From contig NC_087444.1 of the NCBI RefSeq assembly GCF_036321535.1, forward strand, positions 24,988,001 through 25,052,000: a stretch of DNA of 64,000 nucleotides, written 5' to 3'. The notes beneath the pieces were generated by a model. That model was not told the DNA's origin, made no database searches, and was given only the letters and a program-made list of their open reading frames with translations. Position 1 is the first letter of the stretch. The number at the start of each line of letters is the position of its first letter. Positions 14,294 to 27,240 of the stretch are shown piece after piece. Made by a program: the position numbers and the translations under genes. The DNA comes from Camelus dromedarius (lineage: Eukaryota).

Positions 14294-14481
14294 CAGGGTT
14301 TCTTAACTTGGGCACTATTGACATCCTTCAGCCAAATAATCCCGTGTTGTGGGGGCCATCCTCTGTATTGTAAGATGTGTAGCAGAAGCCCTGGCTGCTA
14401 CCCACTAGATGCCAGCTGCACACTCCTCTCCCCTAGTTTGCCCCCGAAGAGGGGGGCAAATCATCCTCAGCAGGACCACTG
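14294..14481. mobile_element. MER20 (hAT-Charlie MITE), internally deleted
   Basis: cagggtttcttaacttgggcactattgacat...cccactagatgccag...caaatcatcctcagcaggaccactg. Confidence 0.85.
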
Positions 14482-15026
14482 ATCTGTAATGTCTGAACTC
14501 AGAGAACATGATTTCTTTGACAGCAGCAGCATGAGTCTCTTGGGTTATGTTTTCATTGCATGGATCAATATTTCAAGTTAAACCACATCAAACATGCCTT
14601 TTGAAATTAAGGGAAATTCACCCTGACATTTTTTAATGATGCATCACACACAAAAAGAACCCAATTAACTTAATTTTGTGTATCTAGGTTACGATTCAAG
14701 TCATCACCTCAAACCCTGGATCATGACTTTGGTTCCAGCCAAGGAGCATGGAACCTGCTTAGCAAGAGAGAGGGTGAAGTTGCAGAAGTGGGAAGAGAAG
14801 CAGAGGACAGACAGCAAACAGCTCATGAGTCTGGTTTCGGTGGCCAAGGGAACAGACCCTGAGGTCCTCCATCATTCTGAAAAGAGAGCACCTCTGAAGA
14901 TACAGAGGTCAACCACAGAAACGTGAGCTCCGGCCTGCCCTCCTCACAAAGCGGGTATCCCTGTTATCCTGTTAGCAGCCTGTTATTAACCATGAACATA
15001 GCAGATAAAAACTATGACACATTAAA

Positions 15027-15055
15027 AACAACAACAACAACAACAACAACAACAA
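15027..15055. repeat. (AAC)n microsatellite
   Basis: Direct reading. Confidence 0.95.
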
Positions 15056-15795
15056 ACAGAGCAAGAAGAAAACATGTAAAATTCCCCAAACCAAACTTTT
15101 AAGAAGTCTTTGAAAAGAGACAGACTTCTGAATAATAAAATAGCTTTGGGTACTATGATTGGTTTTGTTTTTTTTTTTTAAAGGCAGCCATCATTAAAGT
15201 AAGAAAGCTGTAAGTCTATTAAAATTTTTTCTTTGATACTGGAAAACTCAATTCATGACCTATATTTTAGAGAACATATACTTGAAACAGATTTTATATG
15301 CCCTCTGTCCACTGAACTTAGAATGTTGAATCTCTTCCATTTACTTAAGAAGGGAGGTGGCTCTATACATAAATTACTCAGGGCTTCTTTTAGTACACAG
15401 TTCATATATTAAGGTGAAGTGATTCCAAGGTATTTGTAGAGATGGATGAAGCAGCCGCTCTCGATTCTGCCCTCAAAAGGGACGGGATTCTTAGTGGCGC
15501 GGTGCCGCAGTATAAGCTGGTTTATCAGGCTCTCTGCTGATTATAAATCTGTTTTCACTGATGTTTGTGGACTGTCTTGATTGATGGCCTAGCTGCCTTA
15601 TGAATCTCGAAGAGTTCTCCTTGAGCGGTTCCCAGATGACCACCAGAGGGGAGGGTCTGGTTCTGCTGGCGAAGTCTGTCGCCTGTCACTCTGGGCTGCA
15701 GGGTTACCTGAAGAGTCAGGTTGTGATCAAAGGAGTAAGGACGGTTGGTAGTTTCACTTCCTGCTTCTCTCCTTCCCTCTCTCTCTCACCTAGGA

Positions 15796-15818
15796 GACAC
15801 ACACACACACACACACAC
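15796..15818. repeat. (CA)n microsatellite
   Basis: Direct reading. Confidence 0.95.
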
Positions 15819-17888
15819 TCACATGCATGCACGCTCATATGCATGCAAATAGGGAAGGGCTCCCTAGACTAAGGGGGGGGGGGCAGCTCTGAATGGATCT
15901 TAGTATTTTCATGGGTAAAGTGGTAAAAGGATCGCAGGTGCTGTAGACGGAGAGGAAATGAAAGGGTACAGGTGTTTGACTGAATCTGAATCACAGCATC
16001 ATCACCCACCAACTGTGTGGCTTTGGGGGAAGAACCTAACCTCCCTGAGCTTCTGTTTTCACAATTGTAAAAGAATTGGAAGGATTTCATTAAAAAATAG
16101 GCATAGAATCTAGACCAGTATCCAGTACTAGAAAAAATATATGGGCGGTTATCACGGTTCCAGTCCCCAGGGCAGAAGCTGCCTTTCTCCCGCAGTCCTA
16201 GTAAGATGCTCCTGTGGGCTCCTGCCTTTCTCTGAGCAGCACTGACGGGTCAGGATGTTTGTCTGCTACCTTTCTCACTCGTCTGTGAACTCCACGGAGT
16301 TGGGGTCTGTGCTAGTTTTACTAGCATCTCCACTCCAGCCCCATGTTTACTGAGCATCAGCCTATCTGGTACCCAAAATGCACTCCAGAGATGTCTGTTA
16401 AAGGATAAATTAAATTTCCAATAAAGACAACGTTGATTTAAAAATCAAATAAAAAGGGAAGTTTATTATGATTCATACTTTCTGCCACTTGGGACCACTT
16501 GTTCATTGAATGGAATTTATTGAGTGGCTACCGTGTGCCTGGAACTCTGCTAAATGCTGACAACCGATGACAAAAGGACAGTCTGGTTCTCTGGCCTCAA
16601 GCTTATGCCGTAAAAAGAAAATCAAAGGCAAAACCAAGTTCATACTTGAGGAAAATTTATCAACCTATTAAGGTTTACAGTATTACCATAATTCCAGATA
16701 GCTGGCATAGGTTACAATAATCCGGCACCATAAAACGGGTCAGTATTAAGTATTCCCCTGTTGGTCATGGGCTCGCCACAGAAACTTTATGTGACCTCCT
16801 CTCGTCACCTCCACGGTTACCACCCCATCCAGGCCACGGTCCTCTTGCACCTGAAATGCTGAAATAGCCCCGGATGTCCTACTTCTGTGCTCCACAGGGT
16901 AGCACAAGTCATCTTTTAATAGTAAAATCAGATTTTTACCACTTTCCTGTTTAAAACCACCCAAGGGCTTTCTACTAAATTGAAAATGTAATCAAAACGT
17001 ATGGAGCTCTAACCCAGGGGTCTGCAAACTTTTCCTGTAAAGGGCCAGGTAAAGAATGTATATATATATATTTTTCATATATATATATGTCTATACACAT
17101 AGACATATAGATATGTGTTTTTAATATATTTAAAAACGCTTGGAGCCCTGGTGTGTGTGTCCTTCAGGAACTACGAGGGTCCCAGCCCTCTACCTAACCC
17201 TGCACATAAGATCTTGGCATGCACTGGGCATTCAGAAAACACTAGACTCACCCAGAGCTCTGATTGGCTCTGAGGAGCAGCTAGGACCTGGGCTCGGGTC
17301 CCATAAATCAATGCCTTGTGACTCCACAAAAGAACAGTCCATAATCTGCAAAGTTCAAAGACTACTATTTTCTGTTGATCTTCCTTCATCTAGTAATGAT
17401 TCCCCAAAACAATACCCTGGAGTTTAGTGCTGAGCAGCTAGAAATGGTCTCCTGTCTGCACAGACAGATAAATCTGGGTGACCTTCCTCCGTGATGGATT
17501 GGTGCTGATGGCATCCGGGTACACTGCGACACGAAAATGATGCCTGGTTGGTTGGGAGATGGATGTTCCTTCACTCAAAGTGTATTTCTTTTTGCCTTAC
17601 CTTCCCCAAAGGGGATGCAGCCAGAATAATAAGAATAATTGCAGCTTCAACAATACTTTGGCGCATCTTAAACATTTCATATGTTCCAAACACTGAGTGA
17701 AGCACATTGTCTCATCTTATCATTGTGTACAGTTCTCTAGGGTGGGTACTACTCTACCCACCCCATCTACCCCATCTACAGATGAGGCGACTGAGGCTTC
17801 TAGAAGGTTCTGTCACCTGCCGGCGGTCTCACCTTGTTAAGGAGCTAAGCGGAGCAGCAACCCCAGCTCTAGGCTCCAGTGCTATGCA

Positions 17889-18030
17889 CAGGACCGGCTA
17901 CTTAATTTTCGGGGCTTAGCGCAAAATGAAAATGCAAGGCCTTTGTTGAACAGTTATTAACAATTTTAAGGTGGTGGCAGTGGAGCAGTAAACCAAGCAT
18001 GGAGCCCTTCGGAGTGTGGGGCTGGCACTG
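17889..18030 (-). mobile_element. MER45A-like hAT MITE
   Basis: caggaccggctacttaatttt.ggggc.tagcgcaaaatgaaaatgcaaggcctttgttgaa...agtaaaccaagc matches the reverse complement of recalled MER45A. Confidence 0.75.
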
Positions 18031-20837
18031 GTTCTGCGAATTCAGAAGAAAGTGATGTGAGCGATGACAAGGGCCCTGGCGTTTAACACCATTTAACCCT
18101 AGAGGCTGAGCAACAGCTCACGTTAAATGAAAAGCGACTATTTGGTCAGAGGAGCTGGTCATTTTCTGTCAGGAACTAAACTGCACAAATATTTCCCTTC
18201 AGCTGGGCCTGCAGAGAGTCCTTGTGAGAGAAGGTGGCCAAGGCCAGCACAGTGCCCAGGAAAGAGCCTGTGCCTCGAGGCCAGACGCGGACAGCGGTGC
18301 CAGCCCATCCCCGAGCTGGGTGACTTTGGGCAGGTTCCCGGACCTCTGTGAAGTTCAGTCCTCTCATCTGCATGACGGGAAGGTGGGATCCACCCCTGAG
18401 GGTGGGAAATGGTAGAGTGGAGGAAACGACACCAAGTATAGAAACCTCTGGGCGCATGGCAAGTGCCCACCCACACGTGAAATCGTCCAATGGCTGTTTT
18501 CACCACGCAGTTTGTGGGTCAGTAGAAACAGCACGTGATCTGAAGGTTGATGATGCAGGTTGAGTCCTGAGCATTGTCCCTCAACTATTATTTGTGTGAA
18601 CTTAGCAAAGCCAATGAACTCTTTTTGGGGTTAGCAACCCCCTCTGTGAAATGGATGCAACACGTAGGATTCCACAAGCCACAAATGAGCAGGACATTGT
18701 GGAAATGGAAGAGGCCATCATTTCTCTAGCTGGTCAAGGTTTGCTGTTATGACTTATAAGTGGCATCAGCCAGGGAAGGGGATTGGAAAAGGGGTACCAC
18801 CTTCCTTCCCAGATTCCCACTGTCCCCATGGATGCTTGGGGGACCACCTGCCTGAGCTTTCTCACAAGGCACTAAGTAGTCTAAGTGCTTTTTCCTCTAG
18901 TTTTCCACAACATTTCTACATTCCTGACCCCAAATTTGACTGACTCCGTTTCAATTTCTGCTTTATAGTCCAACCCAGAGGGTGCCCAAAAGGAAAACAA
19001 TGATTCAGGCCAAATTCTGCACAGCTGGAAGAAACCACTCCATACAGACATCTGAGTCTTTATGTATTTTTATAGGATAATACCAATCATAAATAGAAGT
19101 TTGAGGGGGTTTATGTTTTCCTGGATATGCATCCACCATGACCAAATTGCTCCGTGCTTTCAGAAATTCAATGAGCATAAAGGATTCCATTTTTCTCTGA
19201 AAATACGACATATATATAAAGCAATAAAATCAAAATTCTTTCTGAAACTTTAAAGAAGAATGAAGTGGAGAAAAATTGGACACTGTCTAATCATACACAT
19301 ACATAATATACAAGGACGTGCAGTCTCACAGCCGCCTCGGGTGTAACCATTGTCATTTACATTTAGAACACTTTTCCGGACCATCCTGAATTCCACTCAC
19401 TCACATACAGGTCCCGGGTACCACAGATGGAAACTGGGAATCATTTTTCTGCTCTGCTCCAATTCCAGCCTCTTTAATAGCTTTTCCCATCGGTTCTCCT
19501 AACTTGTTCGGCTCATCAGCTTAAGATTTCTGTAAACATCAAACCCAAATTCCAAGGTGTGTTCCACTGGAAGCTGTCTCTCCATCCAAATCAGCCTAAC
19601 TAAGCGGCACCACAGAGAAGGTCTGCCCCGAAGTGGTCCGACCCACCTCCTCTTGCTGGCTTTCTGCCCCTCCAGGCCGCTAACCCCACTGCCCTCTCCT
19701 TTATGCAGAATGCATTCAAATCCCAGAAGGGAGAGGGCTGCTCCTGCCCCTGGGGATCTCTGTGATGAGGCGCACAGAAGCCCCACTCCTTCAGGCAGAA
19801 GGGAGGTTTTAGGCACCTTGCATACAATTATGCACCTGGTCAGCTAGGTGGGTTGCCATGACAACGCTTCCAGAGCCTCACATACCTACATGTTATTGAT
19901 ACATTCCATCAACTTGTCAAAGAGGGTAAAAGAACCAGCCAAAGCAGCCCCTGAGCTTCCATCTCCTGTCCCAACGGAGGAATGACTCTTTTGCTGACAA
20001 CTGGTCATAATCTAGATGCAGCAACACTGATACCCTTAATACAGCTTGCTTTCACCAAACGCAAAGCTTCAAATCAAAGTCCAGCCTTACAAGAGGAATT
20101 CTTCTACTTTGCCCTTTCCTGTCTAAGCATTATACTCAGGAGTGACTTCTGCCGCTGGCCATGGAATGCTTTAATTAGTATCTGTGGGCCAAAAAAGGGC
20201 ACTCTAAATTCTAAAACCTCCCCTGATAAAAAGGATAAATGTGGGGAAAAGATAGCAGGAGCTCCACAGTAACCTGGAGTGATTTCCATAACAGTAGGTA
20301 CCCGTATTGCCAGAGAGAGAAAGAAAATGTCTTGCCTTTGGCCCTTTGATTGAAGACAAAAGATTTCCCCATGCACGTCTTCTAAGGAGAGAGAGAAAAA
20401 AGTCCTACCCATTGTCCCAAAATGGTTCTTATTAAAAGGCAATTATTAAAAGAAATAACAAGGGAGCTTGCTGTGGGGAATCTTAATTCTCTTCAAAGTC
20501 CCACTGTACCACCACGTCCAGCCTTGAGCCCTCACAAGGGTGAGCTAGATATTTACATGGTGTCCAACATCAACCCTACATCGGAGTCTCAGATGTCAGT
20601 TATCCTTGAAGGATCACCTCTGAACACAAAGGAAGATATTCTCATCGTTTGCAACACCCCATTCATGTTCAGAGCTGCAGCTTTTCAGCTCTTGCTTCTA
20701 TCCAGGGAAATAACATGTCACCGTCGATGCATACCACCAATAAGTTAGTGTGGCGATAAAACCAACTCTAGAATCCCCCAAGATCACAGTATGCCACTTC
20801 CCACGCATTATGCTAATAGCAAGCCAACTTAACATAC

Positions 20838-20982
20838 CTGTAGGTGATCCTTCCATGACATGGCCGATGTAGGGGCCTTCCCGAAAGATTGGTCTGTTGT
20901 CATTCTGATCAATCACGATGACTTCCAGAGGGACAGGCCCCTCCAGAGTTTTGCCGTTGACATCAATGGTCTCCACGAATAG
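20838..20982 (-). CDS. CDH13: Cadherin-13 (T-cadherin) internal coding exon, equivalent to human exon 6 (end of EC1, start of EC2)
   Basis: Translates [48 protein letters not shown](G), with the cadherin DxNDN Ca2+-binding motif, matching the recalled CDH13 sequence. Acceptor: pyrimidine-rich tract ...tctttgctccaatAG| (AG at 20984-20983). Donor: CAG|GTATGT (GT at 20837-20836). 145 nt, phase 0 to phase 1. Confidence 0.97.
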
Positions 20983-22658
20983 CTATTGGAGCAAAGAGAT
21001 TGGGAGAGAAAGAAGGCATTAGTTCATTATGAAAATTGGAGTCAGGTTCTCTGAAGAAAGTAGGTTATATCAGCAATTTTATGAGTCCTTGGCAATGTTC
21101 ACAGTTAGGTCTCAATGGATGGTCGCCAGGACTAGAATAGAAACTAAATGTTACAGAATAAAAGACAAAGATCAGTTCATGTTAGGTCCCCCGTGGGAAA
21201 TTTACAATTAATTCATCAAATCTGCAAAGGAAATAAAAAAAGAAAGGAAAGAAAGAAAACACTAGCCATCAGTCATAGCTGAGAAAATGTGTTTCCACTG
21301 TTTCTGTTTTTCCAACATCATTATGCTTAAAAGGAATGTTATGCTAATAAAAATAATTGACTAAGCAGTTATGAACAGAGTAAATTAAGAAATAACCAAG
21401 TGTTTATGGTAATGTTTAGGAGAAATTCAGGTCAGTATTTATAGAAAACTTTCCGGAGGCAACGAAGGCGCTTGCAGGGGTCCTGAGTGAGACCTCATGA
21501 TTCCTTCCCACAAGGCCTTTATAATCCACGGGGGATTTCACAATTCCATGAGACACTTCCGTAAGGAACTACCTTCAGATCTCACGAATGAAGAAAATAG
21601 CATAGAAAAACCAGATTTACTGTTGCTTGGAAACAAGGAATTATGTTATGGCTTTTCCAGTGAACCACAGAGATCTTATTCTCTCAATTCTGTGTTATTC
21701 TGCCTTGATTTAACTCAGTGGCAACAGTAATACTTCTTGGATATTAGTGGCGGTCCCTGCATTGGGCGCCAGTTGAGTATTTCAGTCAGGAAAAGTCTCT
21801 GTCATTGGAATCCTTGGGAAAGGGTCTCTGAAATTGGAATCCCAGCACGACTTTTCACTAGCTATGTGACCTCTTAACCTCTTAGTTTTATCATCTGTAA
21901 AATGGGTTCATAAACACTTATAATTAGGAATATTCACTGTGACCCTAAGGACTACTGGTGAGGAGGCAATGGAAGCAATTAGAGGCTGGGCGGTGCAGTC
22001 TGCATTGGGCCCTGTGAAGTCAGTCTCCAGAGTTTACATTGTTAATCACCACAAACGATGTTTCTAAAGCACCTATTGTAATACCTGTCACAAGGCTCAA
22101 GGGTATTAACTGCTAGCATTGTTGCTACTGCTGTTACCATCAACGCCGTTGTCAAAACTAGCCCGAATTAGGAAAATAAAGAGAAACACTTTTGTTATAA
22201 ATCAGCAGTCTCACTCCCCATGAATGTGGTATAAGCTGATTGCATCCTTTGGAAAGTAGCATGGCAAACTTCAACAAATCTATGAAGGACTAACACACTG
22301 CTCGGTCTGGATACCACTCCTGGGTCTATCTGAGACAGGCGACACTACCCACATGGAGATATTCACCCGAGTGTTATTTCTAATAATGAGATAACACTGG
22401 CATCCACTAAACGTCCAGTGGAAAAGGGCTAGTTGTTGAATGAATGGTTTCGTAGCAAGATGCCAGAACACAGCCATTAGATACAATACTTAGTAAACCT
22501 TGTTGATCTACTTGGAATATTATGTGAAAATACACAACACAGCAGTTGCATTATGCATGTGTGATGTACACTTTTGGACAGAATTTGAAAGCAAACAAAA
22601 ATGAAACCAGCAGATTTTTTTTTTCATTTTTAACATTACTTCATCCTTTCACTAGCAA

Positions 22659-22661
<3 letters not shown>

Positions 22662-22702
<41 letters not shown>
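22662..22702. repeat. (CA)20 microsatellite
   Basis: Direct reading; uninterrupted. Confidence 0.97.
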
Positions 22703-22704
<2 letters not shown>

Positions 22705-23565
22705 TGATTTCTGGGGTAGATTAAATAGTCCATGCACATTTTAGCTAAGAAAAAATTCAATAGGCAGAGCCTTAGAACATCTGCACTCTAAGGAGAGCTA
22801 CACAAGTGAACTTTTGTACTTTTCTGTTCATTTTTAAAGCCGCTATGAGAATCCTGCTAAACAAAGGAAATGAAAAGCAAGCTTTGGGAGCAGTTTCATG
22901 TAATAATCAAGGTCTGGCCTTTTGTCCACCCAAAATAGCCAAGGACTTGACTTTATTACAACCAAAACCTAGTCCAAAGACAACATGTGTTGGATCTGAA
23001 TCCTAAGCTTCCACATCCTACAAGACTTGGCTAGTCTCATAAGCAACAAGCAGGACAGAGGGACGGAGTTCACATTTGCCAAATGTGCAAATATGTTGGA
23101 ACTGGACGGGGCAGACTCTAGGTCCATCTTAACATAATGGAAAGACAGAGAGACACGAAGGAGATACAAGCGATGAGGATGAATGCCAAGTGTTGGGCTG
23201 AATCTCATAAAACCAACTGTAAAGGGAGTCAACTTGACAGCGTTTTCTGTTACACCACTACCCAGACTTTGATTCCTGGATTTTGTATTGGAAAACAGCA
23301 TTGTTAGAAACCAAGACCTTCGGAACAGTGTTTACAAACAGCAAAGTGCTCTTAGGGGCATATATTAATTTGAAGTTAATTGAACAAAAATTCACGGAGG
23401 ACTTACTATATGTCAGTCCCTACAATGGGCACCGGATAACCAGCAGGTAAGAAAAAGGACATTCTGGGATGAAGAGACAGCTGGTAGGCAAGGTAAACTA
23501 TATGCATAAAGTCATTTCAGTTAGAGGTGAGGGATGTAAAGGGATGAAACAGGTTGATACATTAA

Positions 23566-23760
23566 AGCTGTGCTGTTCAGTGCAGCCAGTAGCTAAATGT
23601 AGCTATTTAAATTTAAAGATAAATAAAATAAAAAATGCAGTTCATCAGTTGCACGAGGCACATTCAAGAGCTCAAGAACCACGTGTACCTAGTGGCTATC
23701 ATATTGGACAAGGCATCTCTAGAATATTCCTATTATTGCAGAGTTTTATTGGATAGTGTG
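23566..23760. mobile_element. MER3/MER33-like MITE inside an L2 (~23370-24040)
   Basis: gctgtgctgttcag...tagctatttaaatttaaa...cacattcaagagctcaagaaccacgtgtacctagtggctatcatattggaca. Confidence 0.75.
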
Positions 23761-25351
23761 GGGTTACATTATGATTGAGAGAGCATGTATGTGAGTGTTG
23801 GTGGGAGGGGGTACCTATTTCGATAAAATAGTTGAGAAGGCCTTACTGCTGCGGGAATATTTCAGCTGAGACTTGAAGAATGCCAAAGAAGCTAGCCATG
23901 CAAAAGTTCTAGAAAAGAAGTTCTGGAAAAAGAGTTCTAGACAGCAGAAATGGCGATGCCAAGGCCCCAAGGTTGGCACTGCATGACGGTATTGGTACAG
24001 ATGAAGTAAGGGGGCAGCACCCCCTTCCAGGAGACTGAGCTTTATCCTGCTGTAACATTCTTTGCAAAAAATAACTTGGCCAAAGTGAGAAGACTTTTTT
24101 TTCTGTGAATTCCTGGGTAGGCAGAGATGAGGAAGGGAAACGTACATCACGCTTGTTCTTTACAAAGGAAAACATAATAGACCGAATAAAATAAGGAACA
24201 AGAAACACTAACATTTTTCTAGGTAGTCCATATAATTTTCAAAAGGCATATTAAAAATGTGGGTGAAAACTAAGCATGTGGATAGGCATGAAGAAGTTGT
24301 TAGTAAATACAGCCTTATCATCCCGATCACTTACTATAAAGAAATCTGACACCTCCAGTGAATTTTCCTAACTGCTCTCACACGAAGGTCAGACCCGCAG
24401 ACAGCAAATGCCAAACTTGTTAAAGTGGGGCTTTTAAATTTCAGAAGGTACCTCCAGTATCAGAGAATTAATGTTCAGTGATGTTCTTACCTCCCTTCCA
24501 CCTTCCTAATGGAAATACCTAAAACACACAAACCCTTAGTCTGAAAAGATGGACAATGTTTATTTCCTTTGAGTTACAAGATACATTCCAGAGGCTGTGT
24601 TTGGAGCTTGGGAAACAAAACAAACTGGAATGCATTCAAAGGGAGAAATTCTAATGTCTGTTCCTTATATTTGAAGTGAGATGCCACTTAGCAGAAACCT
24701 ACTGGGAGAAAAACAAATAGGTTGCCACTGGCCCAAAACAATGAAATAATTTCTCAAAGGAGGTGGAGATCACCCAGCCTCTCACCACATATTTCTACAC
24801 CACCTTCTCAGACGCGAAGACTTCTATTCTTAGCTTCAGTGACTGATTTTCTTGGAATAAGGGTGGGGGGGTGACATATAAAAAGGTCCACTGTGGAACT
24901 AGAAAGAGAGACGTTCAACAAATTATAACAAGAAATAGTTGCCCAAGGTTCCTGGACAAGGTAGTGTCCAATGCTTCCTCCATAGCAGGGAGCCTGAACT
25001 CTGAAATCACACATTTGACCAGCCTCTGTGTTGTGTGTTCCAGTATCTGCTATTCAAAGTGCAGTCACGAGACCAGCAGCATCGGCATTCCTTGGGAGCT
25101 GGCTAGAAATGCAGAGTCTCGGGCCCTGCTCAAAACCAGGCAGCCCCACCTTTCAGCCCATTACTAGGGGATTCAGGGGCACATCACTGTTGGTGTGATG
25201 CTGATGTGATGGGGCTCAGGGATTGAGGTGGAAACTCAAGAGTTTTGTAGAGGCTGGGAATGGCATTTCCAGGTTCAGATTTGTGAAAATAACTTCTAAA
25301 CAGAAGGCAGAATGGATGTTTTCTGTGGAACTGTGGAAGGAGGCTTTGTAT

Positions 25352-25548
25352 ATGCATACACACACGCGCACACATACCCATATGTACACAAACATACATC
25401 ACACACACAAGGGCGCAAACACATTGTATATACAAGTCACACACAAATATGGAGACACACAAACATGTATGTAACATACAAACACATGGACACACTTAGA
25501 CACACAGACACATACAGATACAAAACACAAGTAATCATACACACACAT
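25352..25548. repeat. Degenerate CA-rich low-complexity tract
   Basis: About 200 bp of interrupted CA/TA repeats. Confidence 0.8.
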
Positions 25549-26791
25549 TTTCTATAAAAATCATTTTTTCAACCTTCTAACCTTCAATTTTGTATATTGA
25601 ACACTTACAGCATATTTTGTCTGACCACCTTCTATAAAGCTGTCAGGCAGGAGGGAGAAGAGAACTGTTCACTAAATGAAAAGTGAAAAGTTGCAGAAAC
25701 AAAGTAAAAGAAAGATGCTGGAGGCAGGAAACCTGGTGGGGAAGGGTGCACGACGGGCCGGGGCACTGAATTGCCTTGGCGGTAGTGGTGTGATTTTTGG
25801 ACCCCAACACTGCATCTCCTCTCTTGAGATGGAATATGCCAGGAGGAGTAACTAATTAAGCTTTACCGTTAATGGAACTCAGGGTCATCTAGGGAACTTG
25901 TGAGTGTAGGTCCTTTAGGAATTTGTGTTTAAACCAGCCCCTCCAGAGATTCTGGTGTGAGCGGGTCCAGCCCACACTTTGGGAAGCTTAGCCCATCACA
26001 GAAGGGAGATGGAGAAACCATCCTGATTTGGTGGTGGAGGCGGGAGGAGCGAGCACTGCCAGGGGCAGGAGGCACACCTCTGAAGGCTGCGTGGAGGGCT
26101 CTGAGGACTTGTGGAGAGAGCACTGGACCTGGAGTCAGCAGACTCGATACCCAGTCCTCCTGATGTGCCGAGCCTGGGCTCTGGGCTGGCACGTACTTCT
26201 TCATCTGAGCTTCTGTGTTACTAATGAGAGCCTGCCACGGCGACCTCAGGGGATTTTGGTGCAGCGGAGGGAAAGATGACGTGTGAATATGTCTGACACA
26301 AAGTGGGTGCTGAATTTTAACCCAACTCTTGCTGCCCTGTTTTCAAAGGGCAGCTTCATTCAGACTTTGCTAGAGGAGGCAGAACTATTTCACATTTACA
26401 TAATTCAGTCAAAATATTCTAAAATGTCACTATTGGAGGCAAGGATTTTTGAGCAACAAGAAAGTATAATAAACACAGCCACATGCAAATCCTTTTGCTC
26501 TAAACTTTGCCCAGAGGGTGGTCCTTCTTCCTGGGGATCAAAGCAGAAACTCAGAAGCCATCCTGTTCCTCAAATGAATCCTTGTCTCCCATTCCCAGTC
26601 ACTTCATGAACAAGTCCTGTCTACCCTGCTATACTCCTGAATCTCTCTTAAATCCACCCTCTTCTCTCCAAATCCATCATCAGCTCCAGAGATCGGCTTC
26701 TGTCACTTCTCACCTGGGCCACTGCAACAGGGACCTGATGGATGTCCCTGCAATCTTCAAGATCTGCGACAATCCATCCCCTAAAGGGTTT

Positions 26792-27240
26792 TGTGATGGT
26801 TAATTTTATGTGTCAATTTGACTGGCCCATGAGGTTGCCCAGATGAAATGTTATTTCTGGGTGTGTCTGGGTGAGATTAATATTTGAATCTGTGAACTCA
26901 GGAGAGTAGATGGCTCTCCACAGTGTGGTGGGCACCATCCAATCCACTGAGGTCCTAGATAAAATAAGAGGCTGAGGAAAGAGGGATTTGCCCTTTGTCC
27001 TCCTGCCTGACGGCTGAACTGGGGCCTCCATCTTCTCCGCCCTCAGTGGCCTGAAGGCCTGGACTGGAATCTACACCACTGGCCTCCTTTGTTCTCAGGC
27101 CTTTGGACGTGGACTGGATTATACCACCAGCTTTCTTGGGTCTTTTGCTTACAGTTGGCAGATCAGCCTCCACAACTGTGAGTAAATTCCTTATAAGAGA
27201 ATCCTACTGCTTTTGTCTCTGGGGAACACTGACTAACACA
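26792..27240 (+). mobile_element. MLT2 solo LTR inserted in an L2 (~26550-27825)
   Basis: TGTGATGGTTAATTTTATGTGTCAATTTGACTGGCC...CTCTGGGGAACACTGACTAACACA; TSD ggttt/ggctt. Confidence 0.9.

Larger units (their letters stand above)
1..20837 (-). other. CDH13: Partial CDH13 intron downstream of the exon (equivalent to intron 6)
   Basis: Begins at the GT donor; the expected next exon (TTVMRMTAFDADD...) is not seen in the window. Confidence 0.85.

Noticed and set aside
17084..17109. 11-bp inverted repeat with a 4-nt loop (TATATGTCTAT-acac-ATAGACATATA)
   Set aside because: Embedded in (TA)-rich low-complexity sequence, where such hairpins arise trivially.
20698..20837. ORF-track extension past the exon ([11 protein letters not shown]...) as a truncated CDH13 isoform
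   Set aside because: It lies beyond a strong CAG|GTATGT donor, has no cadherin similarity, and I saw no nearby minus-strand poly(A) signal.
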